62,149 bases of DNA from Aquificaceae bacterium. Lineage in GTDB: Bacteria; Aquificota; Aquificia; Aquificales; Aquificaceae. Positions within the stretch are counted from its first letter, which is position 1; each line of letters starts with the position of its first letter. A model generated the notes under the pieces. It had not been told where the DNA came from. It worked only from the letters and a program-made list of their open reading frames with translations, and ran no database searches. Location: assembly GCA_039630345.1 (NCBI GenBank), contig JBCNVD010000014.1, positions 1 to 62,149 on the forward strand. The letters are read 5' to 3'. Of this stretch, positions 19,231-28,379 are shown piece by piece. Both the position numbers and the translations under genes were made by a program.

Positions 19231-19557
19231 ATGGCAAACCTTGACAAACTTATGAGCATAAAAGGTGTTTGGGCTGCTGGGGAATTTAGCAATGACGGAA
19301 AGCTAGTTGCTTACAAGGGCAACATCAGCGAAGAGCATGCCGCAATGGCTGCCATGATGTGCGCAGCAAACACACTGATGGCAAAGATGCAATGCGATGG
19401 TTATACTGCCTTCTCAGGTCAGGAATGGACTCCGCTCCATGGTTGGGCGCTAACGGGTCCTAAGTATTCTGTATGCGTCATGGGCAATGTCGGGGTTTTT
19501 GTCAACAACGAAGAGGTCTCTTTCAACGAAGTTTTTAAAGCCCTGAGAGAAGCCTAA
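19231..19557 (+). CDS. DUF2173-like small protein, paralog 2
   Basis: SD AAGGAGGT; LMSIKGVWAAGEFSNDG, AAMMCAAN, CVMGNVGVF; clearly homologous to paralog 1. Confidence 0.75.
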   Translation: MANLDKLMSIKGVWAAGEFSNDGKLVAYKGNISEEHAAMAAMMCAANTLMAKMQCDGYTAFSGQEWTPLHGWALTGPKYSVCVMGNVGVFVNNEEVSFNEVFKALREA

Positions 19558-19567
19558 AAACCCTATC

Positions 19568-19587
19568 TCCCCCCTTTTTTGGGGGGA
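19568..19587 (+). other. Intergenic stem-loop between the DUF2173 pair and the SCP2-like gene
   Basis: TCCCCCC-TTTTTT-GGGGGGA; no U-tract follows on the sense strand. Confidence 0.6.
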
Positions 19588-19603
19588 AATATGGAGGTAT
19601 TTG

Positions 19604-19990
19604 ATGCAAAAATTTCTTTCAGAGGACTGGATCAAGGCATATGCACAGCTCTGGAACGTAAACGAGACGCTAAGGAGAGATCTAAAAGACTTTAGCGCAA
19701 GCATACTCTACTACATAGATGGTATGAGAGATAAAGCAGTGGAGCTAAAGATTGAAAAATCTCAGGCTGTAAGGGCAGGTCTTGCAAACTCTGAAAAATA
19801 CGACTTTGAACTATGGGCAAGTTTAGAAAACTGGAAGAAGTTAGCAAATGGAGATATGGGTCCAAGGGCGGCAATGCTTACAAAGAGACTTAAATTCAAA
19901 GGCTCTATGATAACTGCTATGAAGTATATGTCCGCATTTGAAGAAAGTCTCAGGATGATGTCAAGGGTAGAAACCTCGTGGGATATCTAA
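19604..19990 (+). CDS. SCP2 sterol/lipid-binding domain protein
   Basis: FLSEDWI..Y...WN, FELWASLENW...G...P..AML..RLKFKGSM...MKY pattern of the SCP2 fold; SD GGAGGT. Confidence 0.75.
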   Translation: MQKFLSEDWIKAYAQLWNVNETLRRDLKDFSASILYYIDGMRDKAVELKIEKSQAVRAGLANSEKYDFELWASLENWKKLANGDMGPRAAMLTKRLKFKGSMITAMKYMSAFEESLRMMSRVETSWDI

Positions 19991-20000
19991 AATTTATAAG

Positions 20001-21533
20001 GTGGATTTTTCTGTCTTTGATGAACTCTTTGACGCTGTATTGATCGTATCAAAAGACCGCAAAGTAATTTACGCAAATAAAAGCGCCAGAAGGCTCTTAA
20101 GAGATGTTCAGGAGGGAAGCTCTTGTAGGGGACTTTTTTCCATATGCACTAATTGTCCGCTTGAGCTGGTTTTGGAAGAGCATCAGGGCGTTCAGGTTTA
20201 TGATGTTACATGCTCAGGTGGCGCGCACGCTTGCTGGAGTATGTCTCCGGGAGAGGATTTTGTCCTTGAGTTTTTTAGAGATGTTAGCCCTGTTGTAAGT
20301 TGCGTTCTGGAAGCAGAAAAACAAAGAAGATATAAAGAAGCTATCTTAAACTCCATAGTTGAAGCAATTTTAGTAGTTGATGAAAACGGTTTTGTAAAGG
20401 AGCATAACTTAGTTGCAAGCAGAATGCTTTGCGTTAAAGATAATCAAGAGCTAAAAAACAAACACATAAAAGAACTTATAGGTCTTGAAGTTGAAGCACT
20501 TCCCCCAGAGGGCGAAAGGGCAGAGATTATCATAAAAACTCCCTGTGGTAAGCAAAAGGCTTCTTTGCTTATATCTCCAATGGGGGAGTTTGGATTTGTA
20601 ATTTCAATTCATATAGCTCCCAAGGAGAGTCAAAAAGCACCTGATAGCGGATTGTTCTTCGGCTCTAGCAAGCACTTTCAAAGTCTAATAGAGCTGGTGT
20701 CGGTTATTTCTCAATATGATGTTAGCGTTTTAATCGAGGGAGAAACAGGGAGCGGTAAAAGCGTGCTTGCGAAACTAATTCATGAAATGTCCCCAAGAAA
20801 GGACGGACCATTTATAAAGGTGAATTGTGGAGCTATACCTGACGGGCTTTTGGAGGCTGAGCTTTTTGGATATTTGAAAGGCGCCTTCACAGGCGCAATC
20901 AAAGACAAGCCCGGAAAAGTGGAGCTGGCAGATGGAGGCACTCTTTTGCTTGATGAAATAGGAGATATGCCTTTGGCATTACAGACGAAAATCCTGCACC
21001 TTGTGCAGGATAAAGAAATAGAAAGACTTGGCGACACAAAAACCAGAAAAGTAAACGTAAGAATAATAGCCTCTACAAATAAAAACCTTAAAGAACTGGT
21101 TAAAAAGGGTCAATTTAGAGACGACCTATACTATAGACTTTCAGTTTTTAAGCTATATATACCCGCACTTAGAGAGAGAAAGGATGATATACCCGCATTG
21201 GCAAGCTTTTTCCTTAAAAAATTTTCAAAAAAGTATTCTAAAAAACTTAAAGGTTTTTCGCCAAAGGCTTTGAAAGCTCTTATGGAGCATCCATTTCCCG
21301 GGAATATAAGAGAGCTTGAAAACATTATAGAAAGAGCGGTGATCACCGCTCAGTCGGGGATTATATCTGTTGAAGACCTCGGGCTTGAGATGGAGAATAT
21401 GCCAGAGCTGGGAGAGAGACTGAAAATAGAGCAGGCGCTAAGGCAGGCCAGTGGTAATAGAACAAAAGCTGCGCAGATACTCGGGATGCATAGAACCACG
21501 CTCTGGAGAAAGTTAAAGGAGCTGGGTCTTTAA
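20001..21533 (+). CDS. Sigma54-dependent enhancer-binding protein with PAS domains (PAS-PAS-AAA+-Fis HTH)
   Basis: GETGSGKS, VNCGAIP, ELFG..KGAFTGA, LLDEIGD, FRDDLYYRL, PGNIRELEN, NRTKAAQILGMHRTTLWRK; no receiver domain. Confidence 0.95.
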   Translation: MDFSVFDELFDAVLIVSKDRKVIYANKSARRLLRDVQEGSSCRGLFSICTNCPLELVLEEHQGVQVYDVTCSGGAHACWSMSPGEDFVLEFFRDVSPVVSCVLEAEKQRRYKEAILNSIVEAILVVDENGFVKEHNLVASRMLCVKDNQELKNKHIKELIGLEVEALPPEGERAEIIIKTPCGKQKASLLISPMGEFGFVISIHIAPKESQKAPDSGLFFGSSKHFQSLIELVSVISQYDVSVLIEGETGSGKSVLAKLIHEMSPRKDGPFIKVNCGAIPDGLLEAELFGYLKGAFTGAIKDKPGKVELADGGTLLLDEIGDMPLALQTKILHLVQDKEIERLGDTKTRKVNVRIIASTNKNLKELVKKGQFRDDLYYRLSVFKLYIPALRERKDDIPALASFFLKKFSKKYSKKLKGFSPKALKALMEHPFPGNIRELENIIERAVITAQSGIISVEDLGLEMENMPELGERLKIEQALRQASGNRTKAAQILGMHRTTLWRKLKELGL

Positions 21534-21535
21534 TT

Positions 21536-21570
21536 GCGGGGGGCTTAAAAGCCCCCCGCGCTTTATATTA
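21536..21570. terminator. Intrinsic terminator between the converging activator gene and ftsZ
   Basis: GCGGGGGGCT-TAAA-AGCCCCCCGC stem followed by T-rich sequence. Confidence 0.85.
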
Positions 21571-22612
21571 TTTTTTTTCTCCTTATGTATGCAGGGGTTT
21601 CGTCATCGGGGGATACTGGTTGGATAATAGTGTTTGGTTGAGGTTTTGGTCCCTGTTCTGGTTTTTTGGGTTTTTGCTGGTTTTCAAAGTCTGTTGCAAC
21701 TATCGCAAGACGCATAAAGCCCTCGCGCCCTTTTTCCAGATTTACTCCGAAGACGATAAGAGCTTCCTGATTTGCTTGCTGGCGGATGCGTTCAAAGACG
21801 CTTTCAACATCTTTGAATGGAACATCTTCGCTCAGCCAAAAGGTTACAAGAAGCCTTCTGGCGCCTGCTATGCTATTGCCCTCAAGCAAAGGGCTGGTTA
21901 TTGCGCGCTCTACCGCGAGGTCTTTTCTCGAGTCACTCGCTTCACCAAGACCAATAAGGGCAAGACCGCCGCGCTCCATAATGGTGCGCATATCAGCAAA
22001 ATCGACATTTATGATTGCAGGGGTGGTAACAACATTGGTGATACTCCTGACAGAGATAGATAAAACATCATCAACCATCTTAAACGCATTGCCTATGGTG
22101 AAGTTTTTTTCCTCTATTTCCGTCAGCTTCTGGTTGTTTATAACAATGTATGTATCTACCTTGTCTTTTAATTTTTCAAGTCCCTGATTGGCAGTTTGCA
22201 TCTTGCGACTACCTTCAAAGTTAAAGGGTTTTGTAACTACAGCAACGGTCAAGATACCAAGCTCCTGAGCAATGCCGGCTATGACTGGAGCTGCGCCGGT
22301 ACCCGTGCCTCCGCCAAGACCTGCTGCTATAAATAGCATGTCTGTATCTTTTAGGATTTCTCTTATGCGATCTGCGTCTTCCTGGGCTGCCTGCTCGCCT
22401 ATTTCTGGCTTTGCACCTGCACCAAGACCCCTGGTGAGTTTCTCACCTATCTGGATTTTGTTTGGGACCTGGAGCGTCTGGAGATGTTGAATGTCAGTAT
22501 TGACCGCATAAACTTCTACGTTTTCAATCCCGTCAAGCACCATCCTGTTGACCGCATTGGAGCCACCGCCTCCCACGCCAATGACCTTGACGCGGGTTGG
22601 ATTTATGCTCAT
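21563..22612 (-). CDS. ftsZ: Cell division protein FtsZ
   Basis: VIGVGGGGSNAV, GLGAGA, GGGTGTG, INVDFAD, C-terminal PAYIRR. Confidence 0.98.
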   Translation of the reverse strand: MSINPTRVKVIGVGGGGSNAVNRMVLDGIENVEVYAVNTDIQHLQTLQVPNKIQIGEKLTRGLGAGAKPEIGEQAAQEDADRIREILKDTDMLFIAAGLGGGTGTGAAPVIAGIAQELGILTVAVVTKPFNFEGSRKMQTANQGLEKLKDKVDTYIVINNQKLTEIEEKNFTIGNAFKMVDDVLSISVRSITNVVTTPAIINVDFADMRTIMERGGLALIGLGEASDSRKDLAVERAITSPLLEGNSIAGARRLLVTFWLSEDVPFKDVESVFERIRQQANQEALIVFGVNLEKGREGFMRLAIVATDFENQQKPKKPEQGPKPQPNTIIQPVSPDDETPAYIRRKKII

Positions 22613-22621
22613 TTGCCCCTC

Positions 22622-23869
22622 CTAAATAATTTCACGGAGTACAGACTTAATTCTAGCAAAAAAACTTGATACTTTCTCCTGAAATGCTGGTTTGCCATCA
22701 TATTGCTGAGCTATTGAAGCCTGAATTCTTTTTCTCCGTGCAAGTTTTAAAAGTCCAATCACCGTTGAATAAGAAGGGTCTCGGAGTCTATCACGGAGCC
22801 CGGTAAAACCATCTGGAAGACCTACCCTCACCGCAGTTTGAAAAAACCTCTCGGCAAAGGTCTTAATTTCCGAAATTTTGGCAGAGCCTCCAGTTAGCAC
22901 AATGCCGGCATGGAGAGTTTCCAAGTCTATTTTGTTTTTGTTTAGCTCCTCGCGAACAGCTTCTGCTATTTCTTCAAGGCGTATCTGGATAACCTCGGCG
23001 ATTTTCCTGCGAGCTAATTTTATCGGTGAAGTTTCACCTCTTGGGATTATTGCAATTTCTTCGTCTTCTTTCACTGCTTCAGCAAGGGCACAACCCTGCT
23101 CTATTTTGACACGCTCTGCTTGCTCTACATTTACTTTCATAAAATGCCCTATGTCTCTGGTTATGTTTATACCCCCTATGGGGATGCTTCCAGTTAGCAA
23201 GGGAGAGCCCTCAAGATATACGCAATAGCTGGTAAGACCTGCGCCAAAGTCTATCAGAAGAACCCCCTCTTCTTTATCTTCCTGAGAGAGAGTCGCCTCT
23301 GCTGAGGCTATGGGAGAGGCAAAACGCTCTCTTACTTCAAGACCAAGACCATTTAAGACATTTTCTATGTTTCTGACTGGATTTGAGGCCGATTTTATAA
23401 CATGCACCTCGCTTTGCATTTTTGATGCCATTAGCCCTATAGGGTCATAGACGACCTCCTGGTCGTCGAGAATGTAGCGTCTTGGGATTGCGCTAATGAC
23501 TTCGTAGCTATCCTCGCGGGAGCGAGAGAGTACCCTCTCGATGACCCTGTCTATGTTCATCTGGGTGATCTTTGAGGGAGGGGTCGAGATATGGACAAGT
23601 TCTTTCTCGTTTTGACTCTTTAAAGATGGTCCTGAGATGCCTATGACAACACTGGATACCCTAACTCCAGCCATCTCCTGAGCTTCTCTCAGGGCAGATT
23701 GTATAGCGTTCAGGGCGCTTTCGAGTTTTGTGATAGTACCACGCTCTATTGCTTTATCTTGATTTACGCGACCAAAGCCTATAACATTTAATTCTCCATA
23801 TGCATCCACTTCAGCAATAAGGGCAACTACCTTACTACTGCCTAGGTCAACGGCCGCTATGAGTGTCAT
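22622..23869 (-). CDS. ftsA: Cell division protein FtsA
   Basis: VDLGSSKV, IDFGAGLT, IGGINITRDI, IVLTGG; upstream of ftsZ. Confidence 0.96.
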   Translation of the reverse strand: MTLIAAVDLGSSKVVALIAEVDAYGELNVIGFGRVNQDKAIERGTITKLESALNAIQSALREAQEMAGVRVSSVVIGISGPSLKSQNEKELVHISTPPSKITQMNIDRVIERVLSRSREDSYEVISAIPRRYILDDQEVVYDPIGLMASKMQSEVHVIKSASNPVRNIENVLNGLGLEVRERFASPIASAEATLSQEDKEEGVLLIDFGAGLTSYCVYLEGSPLLTGSIPIGGINITRDIGHFMKVNVEQAERVKIEQGCALAEAVKEDEEIAIIPRGETSPIKLARRKIAEVIQIRLEEIAEAVREELNKNKIDLETLHAGIVLTGGSAKISEIKTFAERFFQTAVRVGLPDGFTGLRDRLRDPSYSTVIGLLKLARRKRIQASIAQQYDGKPAFQEKVSSFFARIKSVLREII

Positions 23870-24584
23870 TTGTTTTAATCCCCCTTATTATTATCATCTT
23901 ATCGTGAGTTAAGTCAAACTCAGAAGCTTTATCAACCATGGATTCAATCAACGAAAACTTCCTCAGGGTATCGCGCGAAAACTCAAAAATGGGAGGTAAA
24001 ATAACGCTGGAGCCGTTTTTCAATCTAATTAAAGTCATCTGTCTATCCACAGATGCTTCCAGGAGTTGCAAATTTGCCCTGTCAAGACCAGAAACAAGCA
24101 AAGCAACCTCATTAAAATTTGTCTCTATTAGAGCTCTATCTTTGGTAAAGATTACAATCCCATCGTAGTTTACAAAAGGAGAGCTAAAACGAAAACCTTC
24201 TTTATCGTAATATCCAAGACCACTATCATCAAGGACTGCAACAAATGGCTCTCTTTCCTCTACACGGATTGACAAATCAACGCCATTTTTGGAAAAAATG
24301 CGGTCTATACTCACTGACTTTATACAATTCCCGCAACGAGTGTTTAATTTAGAGCCAAGGCTTTCCTCGCTAATCAGTAGCCAGTTTGCCCTCAGTTCAG
24401 ACACTGCTTCTTTAAGCATTTCTGAAGGGACTGTCTCAGCACCGCTTAGGTAAACAGTCTTTGCCCTGAAAAATTCTATGTTATCTGTCGCTGAAGGCAG
24501 ATAGAACATCATCCCGAGAATGGTAAAAACAAGAAGTAATTCCAGATACTTAGAAAGTCTAAATTTACGCTTCTCCCTCCTCAT
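23847..24584 (-). CDS. ftsQ: Cell division protein FtsQ/DivIB
   Basis: Basic N-terminus, single TM, POTRA-like region ending IRVEEREP; position ddl-X-ftsA. Confidence 0.75.
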   Translation of the reverse strand: MRREKRKFRLSKYLELLLVFTILGMMFYLPSATDNIEFFRAKTVYLSGAETVPSEMLKEAVSELRANWLLISEESLGSKLNTRCGNCIKSVSIDRIFSKNGVDLSIRVEEREPFVAVLDDSGLGYYDKEGFRFSSPFVNYDGIVIFTKDRALIETNFNEVALLVSGLDRANLQLLEASVDRQMTLIRLKNGSSVILPPIFEFSRDTLRKFSLIESMVDKASEFDLTHDKMIIIRGIKTNDTHSGR

Positions 24585-25453
24585 TGCTTTAATAATATTT
24601 CTATAAGGTCTTTCAAGTCAATACCGTCTTTTTTGCAAGCCATCGGGAAAAGACTCATCTCTGTAAGCCCGGGTATTGAATTGGCCTCAAGAAAATATAT
24701 CTCTTTAGTCACACTCACCCGAAAGTCTATGCGCGAAAATGCCCCAAGCTCCAGAGCTCTATGGGCAACTATAGCAAGCTCTTTTAGCGTGTTTGATAAT
24801 TGCGAATCCTCGACGAAAAAATACTGGCTCTTGCCAGATGTGTATTTACTTTCATAGTCGTAAATTTCACAGGAGGGCCTTATCATTATGGGCGTTAGAG
24901 CTCTTCCGGAAAGGATTGCGACTGTATAGTCCTCGCCTTGTATAAATTCCTCTATCATTACCTTTTTACTTACTTTCAGGCAGTTATTTATTGCTTTAGA
25001 GAGGGATTCTCTGTTTTTTACCAGATATAGACCTACGCTGGAGCCAAGGTCAGCAGGCTTTACAATGCATGGGTAGATGTCCCATTTGACTTCCAAATTA
25101 CGCTCCTTGACACAAATCCATCTTGGGACTTTAAGACCGTGAAAGGAAACGAGCTTTTTTGAAACATCTTTATCCATCGAGATGGCGCTTCCTAAAACTC
25201 CAGAGCCGGAGTAAGGGATGCCAAGAATATCCAAAAGCCCTTGAAGTTTGCCATCCTCGCCGGGACTTCCGTGAACCGCTATAAAAACAAACTGAGGCGA
25301 TAGACTCATCAAATCCTTACATAAATTCCTGGATGGCTCTAAGAGATAAACTTCGTGACCAAGCTCTTTAAGAGCTCTCAAAACAGAAGACGCACTTTTT
25401 AGAGAGATTTCCCTCTCAGGTGAGTCGCCGCCTGCTATTACTACCACTCGCAA
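24581..25453 (-). CDS. ddl: D-alanine--D-alanine ligase
   Basis: GGDSPEREISL, HGSPGEDG, GSSVG, YDYESKY, RIDF, EANSIPG. Confidence 0.96.
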   Translation of the reverse strand: MRVVVIAGGDSPEREISLKSASSVLRALKELGHEVYLLEPSRNLCKDLMSLSPQFVFIAVHGSPGEDGKLQGLLDILGIPYSGSGVLGSAISMDKDVSKKLVSFHGLKVPRWICVKERNLEVKWDIYPCIVKPADLGSSVGLYLVKNRESLSKAINNCLKVSKKVMIEEFIQGEDYTVAILSGRALTPIMIRPSCEIYDYESKYTSGKSQYFFVEDSQLSNTLKELAIVAHRALELGAFSRIDFRVSVTKEIYFLEANSIPGLTEMSLFPMACKKDGIDLKDLIEILLKQ

Positions 25454-26297
25454 CCAGCTTTACCTCTTCTTCAAGAATAATACCAGAGCCTGAAAATACT
25501 CTCTCACGTGCAAGTGAGATGATTTCAACAGCCTCGTTAAAAGTGGCATTACCGAAATTTATAAGGAAATTTGCATGCACATTTGAAAAGCCTAAATTGC
25601 CCAGTTTAAAACCTTTGAGACCATTCATCTCAAGAAGTCTGCCTGCAAAATCGCCAGGAGGATTTTTAAAGGTAGAGCCAGAGGTTAAAACACCCCTTGG
25701 CTGGGAAAAGTGGCGCTTTTTTTTGAGATTTAGATACTCCTCCAAAACAGATTTATCTGATTTTTTTAGCTCAAGACCTGCACCAAGCACTATACCAAGC
25801 TCCGGGAAGGGAGAGCTCCTGTAGGAGAATTTTAGCTCCTTTACATCAACCCTGTGAAGAGAGCCTTCCCAATCAATAAAATCCACATAATTTATAAAGT
25901 GCGAAAACTCAGAACCAAAGGCGCCTGCGTTCATAGCTACTGCTCCACCTACACTCGCGGGGAAGCCATCTAGCCTGTAAAGCCCTTCTAAATTTAGCTC
26001 CAGTGCAATTTTCGTAAGCGTCATAAGACTAACGCCTGCCTGAGCGTAGATAAAAACCGAGGTATCTTTTTCCTTAATAGAGAGGTCTTTGAGTTTAGAG
26101 GTTCTTATAACAATTCCGTCAAAGTCTCCCATTATGGTATTTGAGCCCCTGCCAAGCACAAAAATCTCTTCTGTGTTTTTTGTGGTTTTGAGAAAGCTCT
26201 TAAGTTCCTCTGTGTTTTCTGGAGTTGCAACTATCTTTGCTATGCCACCTATTTTGATAGTGGTTAGCTCTTTAAGGCTTTTATTATGCTCAAGCAC
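25416..26297 (-). CDS. murB: UDP-N-acetylenolpyruvoylglucosamine reductase
   Basis: TTIKIGG, LGRGSN, GGAVAMNAGAFG, FSYRSS, GSTFKNP, HANFLIN, LEEEV. Confidence 0.96.
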   Translation of the reverse strand: MLEHNKSLKELTTIKIGGIAKIVATPENTEELKSFLKTTKNTEEIFVLGRGSNTIMGDFDGIVIRTSKLKDLSIKEKDTSVFIYAQAGVSLMTLTKIALELNLEGLYRLDGFPASVGGAVAMNAGAFGSEFSHFINYVDFIDWEGSLHRVDVKELKFSYRSSPFPELGIVLGAGLELKKSDKSVLEEYLNLKKKRHFSQPRGVLTSGSTFKNPPGDFAGRLLEMNGLKGFKLGNLGFSNVHANFLINFGNATFNEAVEIISLARERVFSGSGIILEEEVKLVASGSNSRRRLT

Positions 26298-26311
26298 ATT
26301 ATGATTATAGA

Positions 26312-26860
26312 ATGTATCGGATAGAGACCCCTCTGAAAGAGGAGGATATTAAAAAGCTAAGAGCGGGAGACAGGGTTTTGCTATCTGGCAGGGTCTTAAC
26401 TGCCAGAGACGCAGCACACAAGAGGATGGTAGAACTACTATCTAGAGGGCAAGATCTCCCTTTTGAAATAGAGGGGCAGGTAATTTACTATGTTGGGCCT
26501 GCGCCTGCGAAACCCGGGCAGGTTGTTGGCTCTGCGGGACCAACAACCTCAAGGAGAATGGACAAGTATGTCGAGAGTTTATTAAAACTTGGACTTAAAG
26601 GGATGATAGGAAAGGGCAACAGGAGCAAAGAAGTAAGAGAGCTCCTAAGAGTCTATGGGGCTGTTTATTTTGCCGCCGTAGGCGGCGTTTCTGTACTGCT
26701 TTCTAAAAAAATCGTCTCTTCGAAGATTTTAGCCTGGGAAGACCTCGGGACAGAGGCTGTGAGAGAGTTCGTGGTTGAGGAATTTCCCCTGATAGTAGCC
26801 AATGACATTTATGGCAATGATGTATTTGAGGAGGGACAATCAAAGTACTGTGCTATATAG
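26312..26860 (+). CDS. Fe-S type (class I) fumarate hydratase beta subunit
   Basis: TARDAAHKR, IYYVGP, AGPTTSRRMD, MIGKG, DLGTEA. Confidence 0.92.
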   Translation: MYRIETPLKEEDIKKLRAGDRVLLSGRVLTARDAAHKRMVELLSRGQDLPFEIEGQVIYYVGPAPAKPGQVVGSAGPTTSRRMDKYVESLLKLGLKGMIGKGNRSKEVRELLRVYGAVYFAAVGGVSVLLSKKIVSSKILAWEDLGTEAVREFVVEEFPLIVANDIYGNDVFEEGQSKYCAI

Positions 26861-27284
26861 AGCTCTGGCGACGTGTTTTGGGATAGGGAACTCAAAGTTT
26901 GCGCCCGGGACTTTGGGAACGCTCTTTGGTGCTATTTTGGTCTCTATTTTGAAGTTTGAGATAGCCCTTAAGCTCCTGATTGGGGCTTTTCTTCTGGCGG
27001 TCGCTATATGGGCAAGCGGGGCTTTTGCCAAAGAGATAGGAGAAAAAGACCCAGAGAATGTAGTCATAGACGAGGCTGCGGGAATTTATGCGTGCTTTTT
27101 GTTTATAGAGCCCCACTTTTCTAATCTGGTTTCTGGTTTTTTAGTCTTTAGGGCTTTTGATATCATAAAGCCGTTTCCAATAAGGGTTTTTGAAAAGTTC
27201 CCGGGGGGCTTTGGCATAGTCCTTGATGATGTTGTTGCGGGTATACTCTCCGGGATTTTGCTTAAACTTCTCATAAATATTTGA
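26850..27284 (+). CDS. pgpA: Phosphatidylglycerophosphatase A
   Basis: APGTLGT, DP..VVIDE, FRAFDIIKPFPI, GIVLDDVVAG; GTG start at 26850 preferred. Confidence 0.93.
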   Translation: MLYRALATCFGIGNSKFAPGTLGTLFGAILVSILKFEIALKLLIGAFLLAVAIWASGAFAKEIGEKDPENVVIDEAAGIYACFLFIEPHFSNLVSGFLVFRAFDIIKPFPIRVFEKFPGGFGIVLDDVVAGILSGILLKLLINI

Positions 27285-27322
27285 TATACTCTTTTAAGAT
27301 TAAAGTCTAGAAGGAGGGAATT

Positions 27323-27682
27323 ATGGACAGATACGCCCAGGTGCTGCAAGAGCTTATCAGAAACACAGGTTTGGACGGTGCTTGCTTGGTCTCTGCAGAT
27401 GGCCTTCCAATTGCCTCTGTTTTAAAGCCCGGTATGGAGGAGGATAGAATCGCGGCAATGAGCGCAGCAATCTTGTCGCTAGCAGAGAGGGTCTCAGAAG
27501 AGCTGGCTAAGGGCACCCTGGAACAGATAAGTGTAAAGGGCAACGACGGATACGTTATCTTAACAGGCGTGGGAGCCGGGAGGGACGCGGTGATGGTAGT
27601 TCTGGCTGATAACAACGCGAAGCTGGGTCTTATGTTAATGGAAATTAAAAAGGCCCAGGATAAGCTAAAGAACATGGTGTAG
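27323..27682 (+). CDS. Roadblock/LC7 domain protein (MglB-like)
   Basis: LVSADGLPIAS, DRIAAMSAAILSL, GTLEQISVKG, KLGL; SD AAGGAGG. Confidence 0.9.
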   Translation: MDRYAQVLQELIRNTGLDGACLVSADGLPIASVLKPGMEEDRIAAMSAAILSLAERVSEELAKGTLEQISVKGNDGYVILTGVGAGRDAVMVVLADNNAKLGLMLMEIKKAQDKLKNMV

Positions 27683-27686
27683 CTAA

Positions 27687-28379
27687 ATGGGTATGACAGG
27701 AGAGTTAAGGACCTTTAGTTTTGCTGACATTTTCCAGATTATTCTGAGTAATAGAAAAAGCGGTCTCTTTGTAATAGAGTGGGAGGATATAAACACCGTA
27801 AGCTACGTAAAAGATGGAGAAATTATCTTCACAAGACCGATCGACAAAATCCACAAGGTTTATACTGAAAAAGAATTCGACAGCGTCATTGAGAAGTTAA
27901 GGATCCCTAAGCAACATCTTTATAAAACAGTAGAGAGATTTCTCCTATCAAGGTTAGATAGAAGAGATGGAAGATTCTCTCTTGTAGATAGATTGATAAC
28001 ATACGATTCAGACTATCCGGTGGCTTATAGTATAGAAACTCTTACTATGATGTCAGCAAGACTGTTAGAACCAGAAGAAGTGGCGCGAAAAATCTCAGAA
28101 GATATGCTTATCTTTGAGCTATCAAGCGATTACAAACAGATAGCGGAGAAGGCTAAGTTAAACCCGCAGGAAGCAAAGGTGCTTTCTCTAATAGACGGCG
28201 AGAGGACGGTTTTTGACATCAGGAAAGATGCAAAACTTGAAACTCTAACCGTAGATAGGTCGCTTTATGGTTTTCTGGCTCTTGGCATGATAAGGCGTAA
28301 AAAGAAAGAGCGTAAACAAAAACCAAATGTTTCCCTCGAACTACTTGTAAAAATTATAAAGAGGGTAAAGGAGGTCTGA
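27687..28379 (+). CDS. DUF4388/PATAN-like domain protein with probable C-terminal winged helix
   Basis: GELRTFSFADIFQII...KSG N-terminus; EAKVLSLIDGERTV.DI C-terminal motif. Confidence 0.75.
   Translation: MGMTGELRTFSFADIFQIILSNRKSGLFVIEWEDINTVSYVKDGEIIFTRPIDKIHKVYTEKEFDSVIEKLRIPKQHLYKTVERFLLSRLDRRDGRFSLVDRLITYDSDYPVAYSIETLTMMSARLLEPEEVARKISEDMLIFELSSDYKQIAEKAKLNPQEAKVLSLIDGERTVFDIRKDAKLETLTVDRSLYGFLALGMIRRKKKERKQKPNVSLELLVKIIKRVKEV

Noticed and set aside
27307..27675. Antisense ORFs mirroring real genes (also 21620-22490, 32019-32507, 47907-48209, 55393-55791 and others)
   Set aside because: They lie opposite or within well-supported genes and show no recognisable motifs or initiation signals.
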